Below, one piece after another: positions 50,278 to 63,511 of a DNA stretch of 64,000 nucleotides. The stretch lies in assembly GCA_951406725.2 (NCBI GenBank), contig OX597826.1, positions 50,344,001 through 50,408,000 on the forward strand, written 5' to 3'. Each line of letters opens with the position of its first letter. The stretch's first letter is position 1. The position numbers and the translations under genes were made by a program. The stretch comes from Octopus vulgaris. Lineage: Eukaryota. The notes beneath the pieces are model-generated. The model made no database searches and was not told the DNA's origin. It was given only the letters and a program-made list of their open reading frames with translations.

Positions 50278-50505
50278 TTAACCCTTTCGTATTCAGATTA
50301 TTTTGTCAAATGTAATGATTTTTCATTGACATCGTTTATAATTAATCATGCTTTATTTTGTAGCTATAAAGTTTTGATGATGAGATTGTATATTTCTAGA
50401 ATGGCATTGAAGGGTAGGTGTGATAGGTTGGATCTGACTAGTTAGAACATAAAGCAGGTAGAATATTTGGGCCGGATATGGCCTGTTTAAACACTAAAGG
50501 GTTAA
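50278..50505 (+). mobile_element. TTAA MITE family A nested in a family 3 retroposon
   Basis: ttaaccctttcg...ctaaagggttaa with duplicated TTAA. Confidence 0.88.
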
Positions 50506-50990
50506 TGACCGCTTTCTGTGCTTGCATGGGTTGGACAGTTTGACTGAGGTCTGGCAAGCCAGAAGGCTGTACCGGGCTCCATTCTGATCTGGCAAGGTTT
50601 CTACAGCTGGATGCTCTTCCTAATGCCAGCCACTCCAAAAGTGTGTAGTGGATGCTTTTTACATGCCACCAACACGCGAGCCAGTCAGGCCGTACTGGTA
50701 ACAACCACACTCGAATGGTGCTTTTTACATGCCACCGGCATGGGTGCCAGTCAGGCAGTACTGGCATCAGCCACAACAATGACTTCACTTGCCTCAACAG
50801 GTCTTCACAAACACAGTTTATTGCCCAATGATTGAAGGGTACTCTTAAATGGGCCGGTTATGCTGCACTGCTTAGGCCATGGTTACGGTCTCACTTGGCT
50901 TGTCAGGTCTTCTCAAGCACAGCATATCTCCAAAGGTCTCGGTCACTCGTCATCACCTCCTCGAGGCCCAGCGTTCACCACCTCATCCTA
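50506..50990 (-). mobile_element. Retroposon family 3; tail (50264-50281) split off by a MITE insertion
   Basis: The element body resumes immediately after the MITE's right TTAA. Confidence 0.85.
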
Positions 50991-51356
50991 GGTCTTCCTG
51001 CTTCCATAGGTTCCCTCTACTGCTGCTACTTTTTTCCTAACTCTTTATGATAAATGGTAGTAGTGTAATAATGGTAATAATGTTATCAAATTAATTTCTA
51101 TTTATTATTAACTAAAATAGAAATATATAAAAGAGTAATTCATACTTTAATCTTAAAACTTTTCCCAATTCGAATATATTTCACCAAAAGAATGACATCA
51201 TTTGAAGCATGAGGATCAAGATAAGTCAACATTGGAAAAACATCTTCGTATAGTTTTAGGAAAGAACCAGCTCTTTCCAAATTTTGGATTTTGTTTTTCG
51301 ATTTCCTTTTCAAAACTGCAGCAGGAAAACCAGTGTTTTCCCTGTATGTATTATGT

Positions 51357-51705
51357 TTATCTCTTACTTGTTTCAGTCATTGGACTGCAGCCATGCTGGG
51401 GCACCACTTCGAAGGGTTTGGTTGAAAAATATCAGCCCCACTACTTATTTTTTTTAAAGTCTAGTTCTTATTCTAACTGCTTAGTTTCAATGACATAAAC
51501 AAACCAACAGCGGTTGTTAAACTATGAATGCAGGCAACCACAAAGACATATCCACATACTTTGAACAGGCTCCTTTCAGTTTCTGCCTACCAAATTCACT
51601 CACAAAGTATTGATTGGTCTAAGGCTGTAATAGAAGACACTTACCCAAAGTGCCAAACAGTGGGACTGAACCTGAAATCACATGGTTTGCAAAGTGAGCT
51701 TCTTT
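51357..51705 (-). mobile_element. SINE family 1 (diverged), followed by an inverted 3' fragment at ~51711-51820
   Basis: Similarity to the other family 1 copies. Confidence 0.75.
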
Positions 51706-54700
51706 ATATATACTAGGCTTAAAGGAAAAACAGAAGTACCGGGGTCAATTCATTCAACTAAAAATTCTTCAAGGCAATACCCCAGGATGGTCACAGTCTA
51801 ATGACTGAAGCAGATAAAGATTTTATGTGTGTATATACATTCAAGCTTTTATTATTTACCTATTTGATAAACTTTAAACTTTAGGAGTAATAGTTTTCCA
51901 CAGTTGGTAGAATTCTCTTGGTAATTATTGTATCAACTGCAAAAATGTGTTCTGAATCAGTGTTATCTGTTATAAAATAATTGTTTAAGCTGTACACACG
52001 TCTCTTCCTCTCTAACCTTCAACTGAATCATTGAAAATTTACTGATAATACCAACTGTATTGCCTGGAATGGTTCACCAAAGTGGGTGGGAGGTATCATA
52101 ATGAAATGTTGTCAATTTACTGCATAAACCTTACAAAGTTTGGCGATAATGCACACAACCAGCAGTGTGTTTCCATCTTTCTCTTAGACCGTTCCCCTAC
52201 CCTGACGTATGTACATCAAAGTGAATTTGCTGTTATGGTAACTTTTGCTATGTGTGAACTTCATGGAAATACTAACCAATTACTTAAGTGAGCTGTGATA
52301 CTGTCATTATCTTTGTGTGTCGTGGAAACACTGAACTGGTTTATTTGAATAAAAATTTTCATGTTTAACTATTCATATGTATACAATACCAAAAATGTTT
52401 TATATATATATACACCTCCCTGGGGACTGCAATCTTGTAAGCTGCATGATTATCTCACTAATGCTGGTGGCATGAAAAAATGCACCTATTAGATGTGTAG
52501 AGGTTGGCATTTGGAAGGGCATCCAGTTATGGAAATTATGCCAGAGCAAATACTGGAGCACTATGTAGTCCTATCAAACCATCTAAGTCATGCCAGTTCG
52601 GAACATCGACATTAAATGTTGATGATAAAGGTGTGTGTGTATCTATATATAATTTTGGGCTCAATTCCACTCTACACCACTTTGGCTAAATGTCTTCTAT
52701 AACCCCAAGCCTTGTCAATGGATTTTGTAAATGGCAACTAAAAGAACATTGTGTGTGTTTGTGTGCTTGGTGATGTGAGTGTCTGTGTCTCCTAGCCATC
52801 ACATCAAGTCCCAATTGCAAGCACACATCACCATTTTTTTTTTTGCAATCTTCCATAAAAACATATCCAGCTACTGAGATGTTCATGTTTGAAGGCCTAG
52901 AGGAAATATTATCTTGCTTGAAAAGAGGTGAGAATTAGTGACAGGTGGGGAATCTAGTTGCGGAATATCTCCCTCTAATTTCATGTGACCCATACAAACA
53001 TGGGAAAATGAGTGTTAAAATAATGAACCCACTAATTTTAACATAAATCTGATGTTATTGAACAGGATTACATCTCAGTTAAGGTTGGATCAGTTGTGTG
53101 CTTGGTTTATTTATTTATATTTTGTTTTTAATGTCTGAAACTTAATTTGTTCCTAATAGCTCTATAGTAATATTCTCATTGAAATTTATTTTAATTTCTG
53201 ATAATTGGTCATTCACATTTTTCTTGGAATGTTGAACAGTAATACTAGTAGCTGCTGACCTAAAAAGACTTTGTGTGAAGTGAATATGTCAGATCCAAAA
53301 ATGTTGAGTCACACAGTTTGAATGCATGGTGTAATACTGTATTGCAGGTATGTCCCCTCTATTGTGGGACATGGGAAAAGTGAGGAATTAAGGCTAAATG
53401 AAGTAGACTTTCCCCTTTATGAAAGGATAATGAAACCATGTCCTATTCAAAGAATGAACATTACAGTATTGTTGGCTCATATGTTGTAACAATTTAATGG
53501 TTGGGGTGGAGGAAACTATTGTATGGTTGCTTGAGGTACTAGAAACAACAGCCAATTATCCCTAACCCGAATGTGTAGGTTAAACAAGATTTGAATTGGG
53601 GTTTTTTTTTTGTCTTACAGCTGGATACCCTTCCTGTCACCCACCCTTGTTTATATTGTTTTTCTTTCGATTGGCGAACAATTCAATGTTAGGACATGTT
53701 TTAGCAAGAAATGTAAACAATAACACCTGCTAATATGGTGATTCTTTTTTACACAGCTTGTTAACAATGTCAAATCAAATGAAAACACTCACATATTCAC
53801 ATTCACATACATACGACAAATTTTTGTAGAGTTTCCATCTACTAATTTCACTCTTAAGGCGCTAGTCTATTGGAGGCACTTGCCCACAATGCCATGCAGT
53901 GGGAATGAACCCAAAGCAACATAGTTACAAAGCAAACTTTTTAACAATGCAACCATGCCTATACCTATTGTCTTTTAAAAAGACTAACAAGTTGATAATG
54001 TAGCATTAGGTGTAATTTACCTGAGGTACGATACATAGGTCTTGGTCTGCTCAGTGGAGCTGATTTAGGACTTAATGTTGTCATCATCATCATTTAACAT
54101 CCATTTTCCATGCTGACACAAGTTGGACAATTCGATAGGATCCGGTGAGCCACAGGGCTGTATTGATGTCCATTGTCAACTTTGGCATAGTTTCTAACAA
54201 CTTGATAGTTCTTAATGACAAGTATTTTGCAGTGTGTACTGGATGCTTTTTTTCCTCTCCCCATGGCACCAGCATTAGTGAGGTTACCAAGTAATTTGAC
54301 AGAAATTCAGAGAAATATTGGTGGTGGTGAGATAATTTTGAAATGTCATTAAATGCCTGTTTTAAATTAATTAATTTTCATGAATTTAAAATAAATATTT
54401 ATTTCCAGTGACACTCTGCTGTTGCCTTGCTATTTATTGTTATTAACAGTAAATAATGAAAAACAGTAGAGTTTTTCATTGAATAATCTATCAGTCTTAT
54501 TAGGAATTCAGCAATCAGTGTATTTTGCTAATATACTGTATCAGTAATTGGTTTTTCGTTTAACCCTAGGCCAGCTGTAATCCAGCAGACCTAATACCAA
54601 AGGTTTTACCCATAACCATCCTATTTCAGATCGTCTTAAGTTAAACTTTTTTTTTATAGATAATGTTGTGATTTGAGGGGTAATGGTGAATGCTGTTTGT

Positions 54701-57492
54701 AACAAGTTGAGCAACTGTGTAGATGCTCATTTAGAGACTCTTGGATTAACCCTTTTGTTTAACCCATATTTCCATTGAATTTTGAAAATAATGAAGAATT
54801 TTAATAGGTACCTCTGTCATTGTTGGACTGGTGTTTGGAAGATAATTTGATATCCTGGTGGAATGTTTTAACTTAGATTACGTTAAAACGGGTAGTTTGT
54901 GTCATGGAATTAGAGGTGATCTTGGGTCGGTGGGTGGGTATCAAAAGAGTTATAGAAGACATTAATAAGTTATTTATTCAATGAAGATAATTAGCTTTCA
55001 GATTTAAAAGGCACAACTGTTATTAGGGTGAAGTTATCACTGGTGCTCAGTAACAAAGTTGATTCTTACTGCATGGGAACTGAATATACTTGGTTCCATG
55101 CACGTGCACTTGGGAGGTGAGGACCAAGTTAACTTGTTTTTGATTGTAGGGAACCTTCCAGAATTCTCCACATTTCATAAGATGTAGTACTCACATTTTA
55201 TATTTGCTAACTAATAGAAAGAAGTCAGGAGAATTGATTTGCATATGATTAGAAAGTTGCATCACCAGCAAAAGTTTGATCAGCACTATGGGGGGGGGGT
55301 TTAAACCCCCTACAACCTACAACTTGTGTTGTTCAGTACAAACTGAAACTTAATTGACAGATTCCATTTTTATCCAAAAGATTTATTGGAGATTACATTT
55401 CACAAGGCTAGGGTTACAAGATCTGCTAGAAACCTGATCAGATTTCCCTCAAATCACATATTGCTGTCTTACCAAATGGACACTACAGATAATATAGTCT
55501 TAGATTTCCCTAAAGGGAAAAAAACCCAAATGTTTTTGATTGCCAGTCTGCTCAATCAGAGTTGACTTGAGATTAAACAGCAACATATAATAGTATGCTG
55601 AGGTAGCAACGTTGCTGTGTGACAAAGGTGACATTTTTTTTATTTTTATAACACCTTTGTCTACTGAGAAATTAATTCCAAATAATGAAAAATAGTTAAA
55701 ATAAATATAATGAAAAAGATAAATATATAAAGGTATCAAGCTAATTTTCTCAAAATAGGGAAGTGCTTTAGCCAACTTCAAAACTTCAAATAACAAATTT
55801 AAAAAATCTTTCAATGGCAGACTATAAATTTGTTCCTCATTGTCACCATCATCGTTCTCACTACTATCACGACCATCATCGTCATCTTTATTTATTATTA
55901 AATTTGTCGTCTCATTTTAACACCTTTCCGTTACTGTATTTAAAATCACTTACACATTTGGTCATGATGATGTTGATGATTATAAACAGTCTTTAAATAA
56001 TTTATTCAGTTTTCATAAGTTTTACAATATTAACAAACCAAACGTTTCCTGTGGTTATATTTCTACTTTAGAACAATGTATAACTTATTAAATTCATAAT
56101 GACATTCTTTTGAAGTGTTAAAAACACATTTGATTCTAATTCAAAACGGTTTGTAGATTATATTCAGGTGTTTGTTCATTAACTGGATGGATTTGTTAAA
56201 ATTGGCAATTTACTGTGATCTCAAAAATGATGGGTTTGCAGTCGGTTACATTATCCGAAAGGGAAATTTTAACACATAATTAATAAAATTTAACCTCATT
56301 TATACATCCTGAGAAAAATATACATTCTAGACTTCGGTTAGAACTTTCTTCGCTTTAAAAAAAAAAAAGAAAGCAAGAAAGTAACAACTTAGGTGGAAAG
56401 GAATCACCTATAATCATTTCCAAGGCTACTAAGGTTGGTGGTAGGAAAAGAAGAACTTAACTGTCTAGCCAGAAACATGGCCCAACTGTTTGCAATAGAG
56501 TGGACTCTGCTGAAGGTATGCACTGGCCAGGTGATGGTGTTAAACTAGGCCACAGATTAAATACCTCCAGTAAACTCCCACATAGTTTTTGTCTACCAAA
56601 ATTCACTCAAGAGTCTTTGGTTGACCCAAGGCTGTAGTGGAAGACACACTAGAGTGCAGTATAATGAAATTGAACACCCAACCACACAGTTGCAAAGCAA
56701 ATTTAATAACCCTGCAGCCCAGCCACATCAGCTTCTGTTATCCGTTCATCTTCATTTATAGTTGTTGTATCAACTCTCTTATATCTAAATTTAAAATAGC
56801 TTACAATTCCTCCTCATCATCATCATTTAATGTCTGTTTTCCAAGCTGACAGAGGTTGATCCGTTTGACAGGATACAACAAGCCATAGGACTGTACTACC
56901 TTCTTCCAGTGTCTGCTTTGGCACTGTACTAGGTGCTTTTTTTTTTTTATTTTCACCCTAGTACTAGTGAGGTCACTGAGTAACTTACAGAACAAAGAAA
57001 AATAAGCTTAAATTATTCACAGTTGTGTCCATTCTTGAGATTCTTCCCTCTCCCCATTTTTGCAAATTTATTGTTCCTGATCAAGGTGGTTTTTAGGAAC
57101 AGGTGAGTGGTTAAGAAGTTCACTTCCCAGCCATACGGTTTTGGGTTCATTCTCACTGTGGCAACCACATGGGATTTCGTAGATGAAAACTGGAAGAAGC
57201 CAGTCGTGGTGTGTGTGTGTGTGTGTCACTGTCTTGACATCATGGAATAGTTATAAACATGTATCACCACCACACAAGAAGTTTCCAGCCTAATGTAAAA
57301 GCATAACCAGTCATGGGGGAAATATTATCTTGCTTGGAAACAGGTAATGTTGGTGACAGGAAGGGCATCTGGCTGTAGAATATCTTCCTCGATGAATTCC
57401 ATCTGATTCGTGCAAGCATGGAAAAGTGGATGTTAAAATGAGGTTCATATATTCTATTGAAAATTAATGCCAAATCTAAATATCGGTAATTC

Positions 57493-58210
57493 TTTTATTC
57501 TTTTACGTGTTTCAGTCATTTTGTGGTCATGCTGGAGCACTCCCTTAGAGGGTTTCAGTCGAAAAAAATTGACGCCAGGGCTTATTCTTTGTAAACCTAG
57601 TACTTATTCTGTCAGTCTCTTTTGCCAAACCATTAAATTACAAGGACTTAAACACACCAACATTGGCTGTCGGACAATGGCAAGGGAACAAACACAGACA
57701 CACAGATACACACACACACACACACACACGATGGACTTCTTTCAGTTTCTGTCTACCAAATCCTCTCTTTTAAATTCTAATTATTGTGATCCCAAAAAAA
57801 CTATTTTCACAATTATTATGATCAAGTTACTCCTTCATCCTCATCATTTGAGGTCTACTTTCACTTCAAAACCATGTGATTTCAAGTTCAGTCCTACTGC
57901 ACACCACACTATGACCCTGGGCTAACCAATGCTTTAATAAGTGAATTTGGTAAATGGAAAATGTATGAAAGCCTGTTGCACATATTTGTTTGTGTGTATT
58001 TCAGTTTGCCTCTCACTGCGTGACAATCAATACAGGTTTGTTTACATTCCTGTGACTTAGCAGTTTGGTATATACATATATATTAAAATAAAAAAACTAG
58101 TGGATTAAGTACCAACCATCTTAATATTACTGAGATTGATTTGATCAACCAAAACTTTCAAGGTGGTGCCCCAGCATGGCCAATGACTGAAATAAGTAAG
58201 AGAATAAAAG
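57493..58210. mobile_element. Two SINE family 1 copies in opposite orientation (57493-57762 minus; ~57860-58210 plus)
   Basis: Similarity to the other family 1 copies. Confidence 0.75.
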
Positions 58211-59056
58211 TCACACTATGTGACTCAATCATTTCTGTATTGTCAATGTGACTAGATGAATGTTTGGGGCTGCCGAAAATAAACACTTAATGGAATCAGT
58301 AAAGTTCATCTCCATGCCTGTAGGATTCTACCAAAGGTCTATGTGGTCACCCATTGTACTAGAAATAGCAGTTTAAATCTTGCTAAAAACCCCTCACTCT
58401 ATTATCTTAAATAAGGAATGAACACTAGATAATGAGTTCCTAGACATAACCCTTAACATGATGGTCATGGCTGGAATGTCTTCAATCAAGATGGAAGTAG
58501 AGTTAAATAGCATCATATTGATAATAAATGTAATTGAAATTTATCTTCAAAATCATTTGATGTTTAAGTAAATAAATTAATAAATAAAGTGGAGGTGCGT
58601 GGCTTAGTGGTTAGGGTGTTGGACTCATGTCTGTAAGATTGTGGTTTCCTGGACCAGGCGATATGTTCTGGAGCAAAATACATTTCACATTGTTCCAGTC
58701 CGCTCAGCTGGCAAAAATGAGTAATCCTGCAATGGACTGGCATGCCATCCAAGTGAGGGAATATATACACCATGAAAGCAGGAAACTGGCCCTCATGAGT
58801 TGGTATGACTCAAGCAAGTAAATTCACAATTTTTTTTTTTTTAAATAGTGTCTGTTAAAGATCAATGGCACAATGGAATTTCAAGTAAATTCCAAAATAA
58901 GTTTTTTTCATTGCTGGTGCTGGTGTCACATAAAAAAATACCGAGTACACTCTGTAAAGTGGTTGGCACCAGGAAGGGCATCCAGTTGTAGAAGCTTGGT
59001 ACAGTCTTCTGGCTCACCAGTTCCTGACAAATGTCGAACCAATGTCATCGTGGACA

Positions 59057-59284
59057 TTAACCCTTTTGCATTCAAATTATTTTGTCAAATGTTGTGCTTA
59101 TTTATTCTCATTGTTTTATATTAATCTTGCATTATCTCGTAGTTTCGAGATTTCAGTGATGTGATTGTTTAGATTTAAAATGACATTGTTGGATGGGTGT
59201 GAGAGGCCAGATCTGGTTGGTTTGAACATAAAACAGATAGAATATTGGGGCTGGATATAGCTGATTTAAATGCTAAAGGGTAAA
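59057..59284 (+). mobile_element. TTAA MITE family A nested in a family 3 tail
   Basis: ggaca-ttaacccttttgcattc...aatgctaaaggg-taaa-atgagg. Confidence 0.8.
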
Positions 59285-60173
59285 ATGAGGAGGTGAGACA
59301 TTAAATGGTATCCAGTAGTGAAATTCCAGCTTGGGAGTTCAGGAGTTTCAAGGAGTATGGAGTTTTTCCTTAGTCACCGACTCAAGATGGTAGTACTTGT
59401 CAAGGGCCCTAGTTGCGACCCAAATAGTGGAAGATGGTGCTATAGCTAAGGCATACAGGACTGGGAGAAGGACTGGCTCCCAGGCATGTCACCCTGGCCC
59501 AGTGGAGGTGGACATACCCTGATGTCATATCAACTAATCTTCTTTGCTTAAAAGTTAAATATACTCTGTACCTCAAGGATAAGCTTAAGGCCACATTAAC
59601 TATCACAATAAACTAGCAGAATGCAACAAGAAACAACTGCTGTTTCTTTCCCCACCAAAAAACTCATGAATCTTCAGACTCTGTTTGGAGGTCCATGGTA
59701 GCTGATGCCTTAAAAGAGGCATGGCACATGAGAGAGAGAGAGAGGAAGAGAGTTTTATTTCCAGGTCTAAGATAATGCTTATTATGTAATCTGTCATCCA
59801 GTGTAGTGTTAGTAAATTCAGTTCATTATTATTGTTTTTACATCTGCTTTTTCATGCTGTTATGGGTTGGATAAGACTTGTTACAGAAGTGTTCTCTGGC
59901 TGGATTCCAGTTTACAACCTCTGTTTCCATGTAGGGTACTTAATTCCCCTGACCTTTGAAACCTTGCTCATATTCAGCACTTTTGTTGGGGGTACCATTG
60001 AAATTGATGAGACAAGGATTTGCTTCCTGATATCATATCTTTAAACTGTTAGCCACCATCAAATCCCTAAACAAGATATCTTTGTTTAAGCAAGTTGGGA
60101 AATTCATAGTTTATTCTCAAGACAATTGACAAGTTGAATAAAATATCTCCATAACATGAATCAGCACTGTTAT

Positions 60174-60213
<40 letters not shown>

Positions 60214-60947
60214 TACACACACACACTCACACATATGCATTTGCATTGTTGGCTCAGATCCAGTTTATGTTGTTGTATTTTATCTCATACATCATCATCT
60301 TTTAAACATCCATGCTGCATGCTGACATGGGTTGGCAGCATCCAGTGGATTGAAGGACTGCATTATGTCTCATTATCTACATTGGTATGGTTTCTATGAC
60401 TGGATACCTTTTCATGCCATCACCACTGATGTGATTGCCATACAGCTCCCTTGACAGTGTACACCAAGGGTAGAGGGGCTTTATGCTAGATGAGGTTGTA
60501 TGTGTGTTCTTTAATTATTGGAATTTTAACTACAAGGAAGGAGATGGTTTCTGATAGAGAAAGAGCTCAGTCACTGGAATTTGAGTTACTACAAGTGTTA
60601 CATGTTGAACTTCAGACAAGTCTTGCATATTTTCACTGTTCCACCTACAGGTTATTTGTAGAGTGTGTATCAACTAGTCACTTTCCTTGCCTAAACACCC
60701 CAGCATTCTGAGTGTGTCAATTAAACATTTAGTTACAAAGCCAAAGTGCACCAATAATTACTAGTATAATAGTGAATTCATAATCAGGGTAGAAAAGCTG
60801 CAAATTTCAAAGCAATATTTCTCATCTTCTTTGTGTGTGTGTGTGTGTTTTGTTTTAATATATATACTGGAACCTTCGTCAGTAAATATGTATCCTCCAG
60901 CAATGGCATAACTACATGAGGAATATTTGAAGGATCCCCCATATCTA

Positions 60948-61090
60948 AGGCGTTCGCCACTGGAATAAGGAGTGGTTGGAGATCACGCGGTCCTTAACCT
61001 CAAATCGCCAGGCTTGGTCGGCATTTGTGAGAGATGCAGCATTGAGGATGAATGAAGCCAGCTCGACCCACCCCGTGTGAATGCTGTCAA
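60948..61090 (+). mobile_element. RTE-clade LINE 3' end fragment
   Basis: GVRHWNKEWLEITRSLTSNRQAWSAFVRDAALRMNEASSTHPV* (TGA 61078-61080) resembles the RTE ORF C-terminus (LA.DR..W...VRD motif). In-frame stops upstream. Confidence 0.65.
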
Positions 61091-62616
61091 ATCTAGTCAT
61101 GACAGTGCCATTAAGATGCCCTATGTTCAATACCATTGCATGAGACCTTGGGCAAGTGAGTTCTGCTATAACTCAGGTCTACCAAAACCTTAGTAGACGG
61201 GAACTGAAAAAGTTCTTTTCTGTGTGTGTGTGTGTGTCTTCATGCTTGTCTTGACAAACTGGTTGTAAAGAAATATTGTTGCCATACAAGCAGTGCTGCT
61301 TGTTTGCAATCTTTGTGAAAAACAGGTCCGGTCATTGTGTTGTTCATGTTGAAAGGATTAGGAGAAATATTACCTTGGAACAGAAAGAGCATTAAGCTGT
61401 AGAAAATCTTCCTCAATACCTTTCATCTGACCCACTCAGGCATGGAAAATTAAATGTTAAAACAGTGATGATAATAGTATATTTTTCTATAAGTATGTAT
61501 GTCTATCTATCTGTGTGTCTGAGGTGTCTATGTAATATGTATGAATGTATGTATGTATGTGTGTGGTGAGGGTATTTACAAAGGAAACTTTCCTAGTTAC
61601 TGCAAAGTTGCACCAGTCATTGACTACTTCCTTCAGTCTGCCTGAAGAAACTAGAGATTACTGAAAACTTCAAAGTACCTATTAAGTTTTTCTTTGTAAA
61701 AATATATTTTATACTCTACTTATATGTATTTTGTCCTTTCTGAATGTTTTTATGTATGACAATATAATGAGATACATTAACACTCATGCATGTGTGTGTG
61801 TGTGTACACGAACATGCACAGACACTCTTGTTTTTATGTATAAAAGATCACTCAGTGCATTATTACAAAGAAACAGTTGACAGTTACATTGAATTTTTGC
61901 TGATTATTGACTTCATCATCCGATAGATAAAGCTAATGGTCAGCAAAACTTCAAAGTTACTATTGATCTTTTCCTTATCCCCACCTCCTCCCCACCCCCA
62001 GAGTTGTTTATGTTGTTTTTTTGCTCCATCTGTAATTCAAAGCCAACATCCGGCTTCGGGATAGTCCAGTCGCCATTGGTCAGTTGGGTCAGTGCGATGT
62101 AGCATCTGTTACTGGACTGATGCCAAGACTTCTAACCCATGGGAGCAAGCAGATTGTAGTTGTTGTCAATAAAAGTCCACTTATCTATCCTTCTATCTGT
62201 CTGCGTGTATGAATGTGTGTGTATTGTTGTGCATTATTATACATACATACATACATACATACATTGATTTCTAGCAGCTGGGTTATTGGTTCTGCTATGG
62301 CAAAGCAGAATTATACAAAAAGCTAAAACGTATGTGCGCACACACATACACACACCTGCATTTGCATAAATATTATTTATGTACCAGGATACTGTTTTCT
62401 AATATCCAATGGCATCATCTCTTTAACGAGTATTCTTCTAGAATGGCTGCTGCAAGCATACTGGTGTTTTCTCCTCTTTTATTGATATGACTTATCATTT
62501 TTTGTCACCAATTTCCTTATACTCGCTTTTATATTTAGTCTAATAATTTTACATCCATTAGTCTATGACATCAACGGCATTTCAAAATCTGTTTAATGCA
62601 AGTATCTGTTGTTACA

Positions 62617-63002
62617 AGGTGTAGGAGTGACTGTTTGGCAAGTAACTTGCTTATGAACCACATGGTTCCGGGTTCAGTCCCACTGCGTGGCACCTTGGGC
62701 TGACCAAAGCTATGTGAGTGGATTTGGTAGACGGAAACTGAAAGAAGCCTGTCGTATATATGTATATATATATGTGTGTGTGTATGTGTTTGTGTGTCTG
62801 TGTGTATATGTTTGTCCCCCAACATCGTTTGACAACTGATGCTGGTGTGTTTACGTCGTTGTAACTTAGCAGTTCGGCAAAAGAGACCAAGAGAATAAGT
62901 ACTAGGCTTACAAAGAATAAGTCATGGGGTTGATTTACTCGACTAAAAGCGGTGCTCCAGCATGGCCACAGTCACATGACTGAAACAAGTAAAAGAGTAA
63001 AG
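62617..63002 (+). mobile_element. SINE family 1, near full length
   Basis: gaaccacatggttccgggttcagtcccactgcgtggcaccttggg...gcggtgctccagcatggccacagtc...gtaaaagagtaaaga. Confidence 0.9.
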
Positions 63003-63221
63003 AATCTTCACAACGATCTCACCCACACTACAAAGTATAGAAGGATAATTTATGTTTAATTATCAGTAATTCATTATTTTGTTTGCTTTTTTTTTTACAT
63101 GCAGTTTTCCATCCTGGCACAAAGTTTTGCTATATCTATTTGTTAAAGAGAAATAGCTACATGAATTACTGGTGTTGTTTTTTCTGTCTTTGTTATTATC
63201 ATCATCACCAGTGATGAGAAC

Positions 63222-63383
63222 TACCATATATACACTCCTGTGTAAATTACACTAATTTATACTTGATTTTAACTGGGAAAAACTGGGCTGCAGCTTATAC
63301 ACAGGGCAAAGAAGGAAAAAAAAATTGTACCAAGTTTTAACACTGCATTGGAAGGTGCAACTTTTACACAAGTAAATATGGTA
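63222..63383. mobile_element. Tc2/pogo-like MITE
   Basis: Imperfect TIRs taccatatatacactcctgtgtaaa / ttttacacaagtaaatatggta. Related ends near 1658 and 11828. Confidence 0.5.
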
Positions 63384-63471
63384 ACCTTTGTCAGTGCTTT
63401 TAAATTTGTTGCTTTGTGATACTTAAAACCTATAGTTGTCATTTTAGAGAAGGGTGTGGTTACTCATTTGA

Positions 63472-63511
<40 letters not shown>

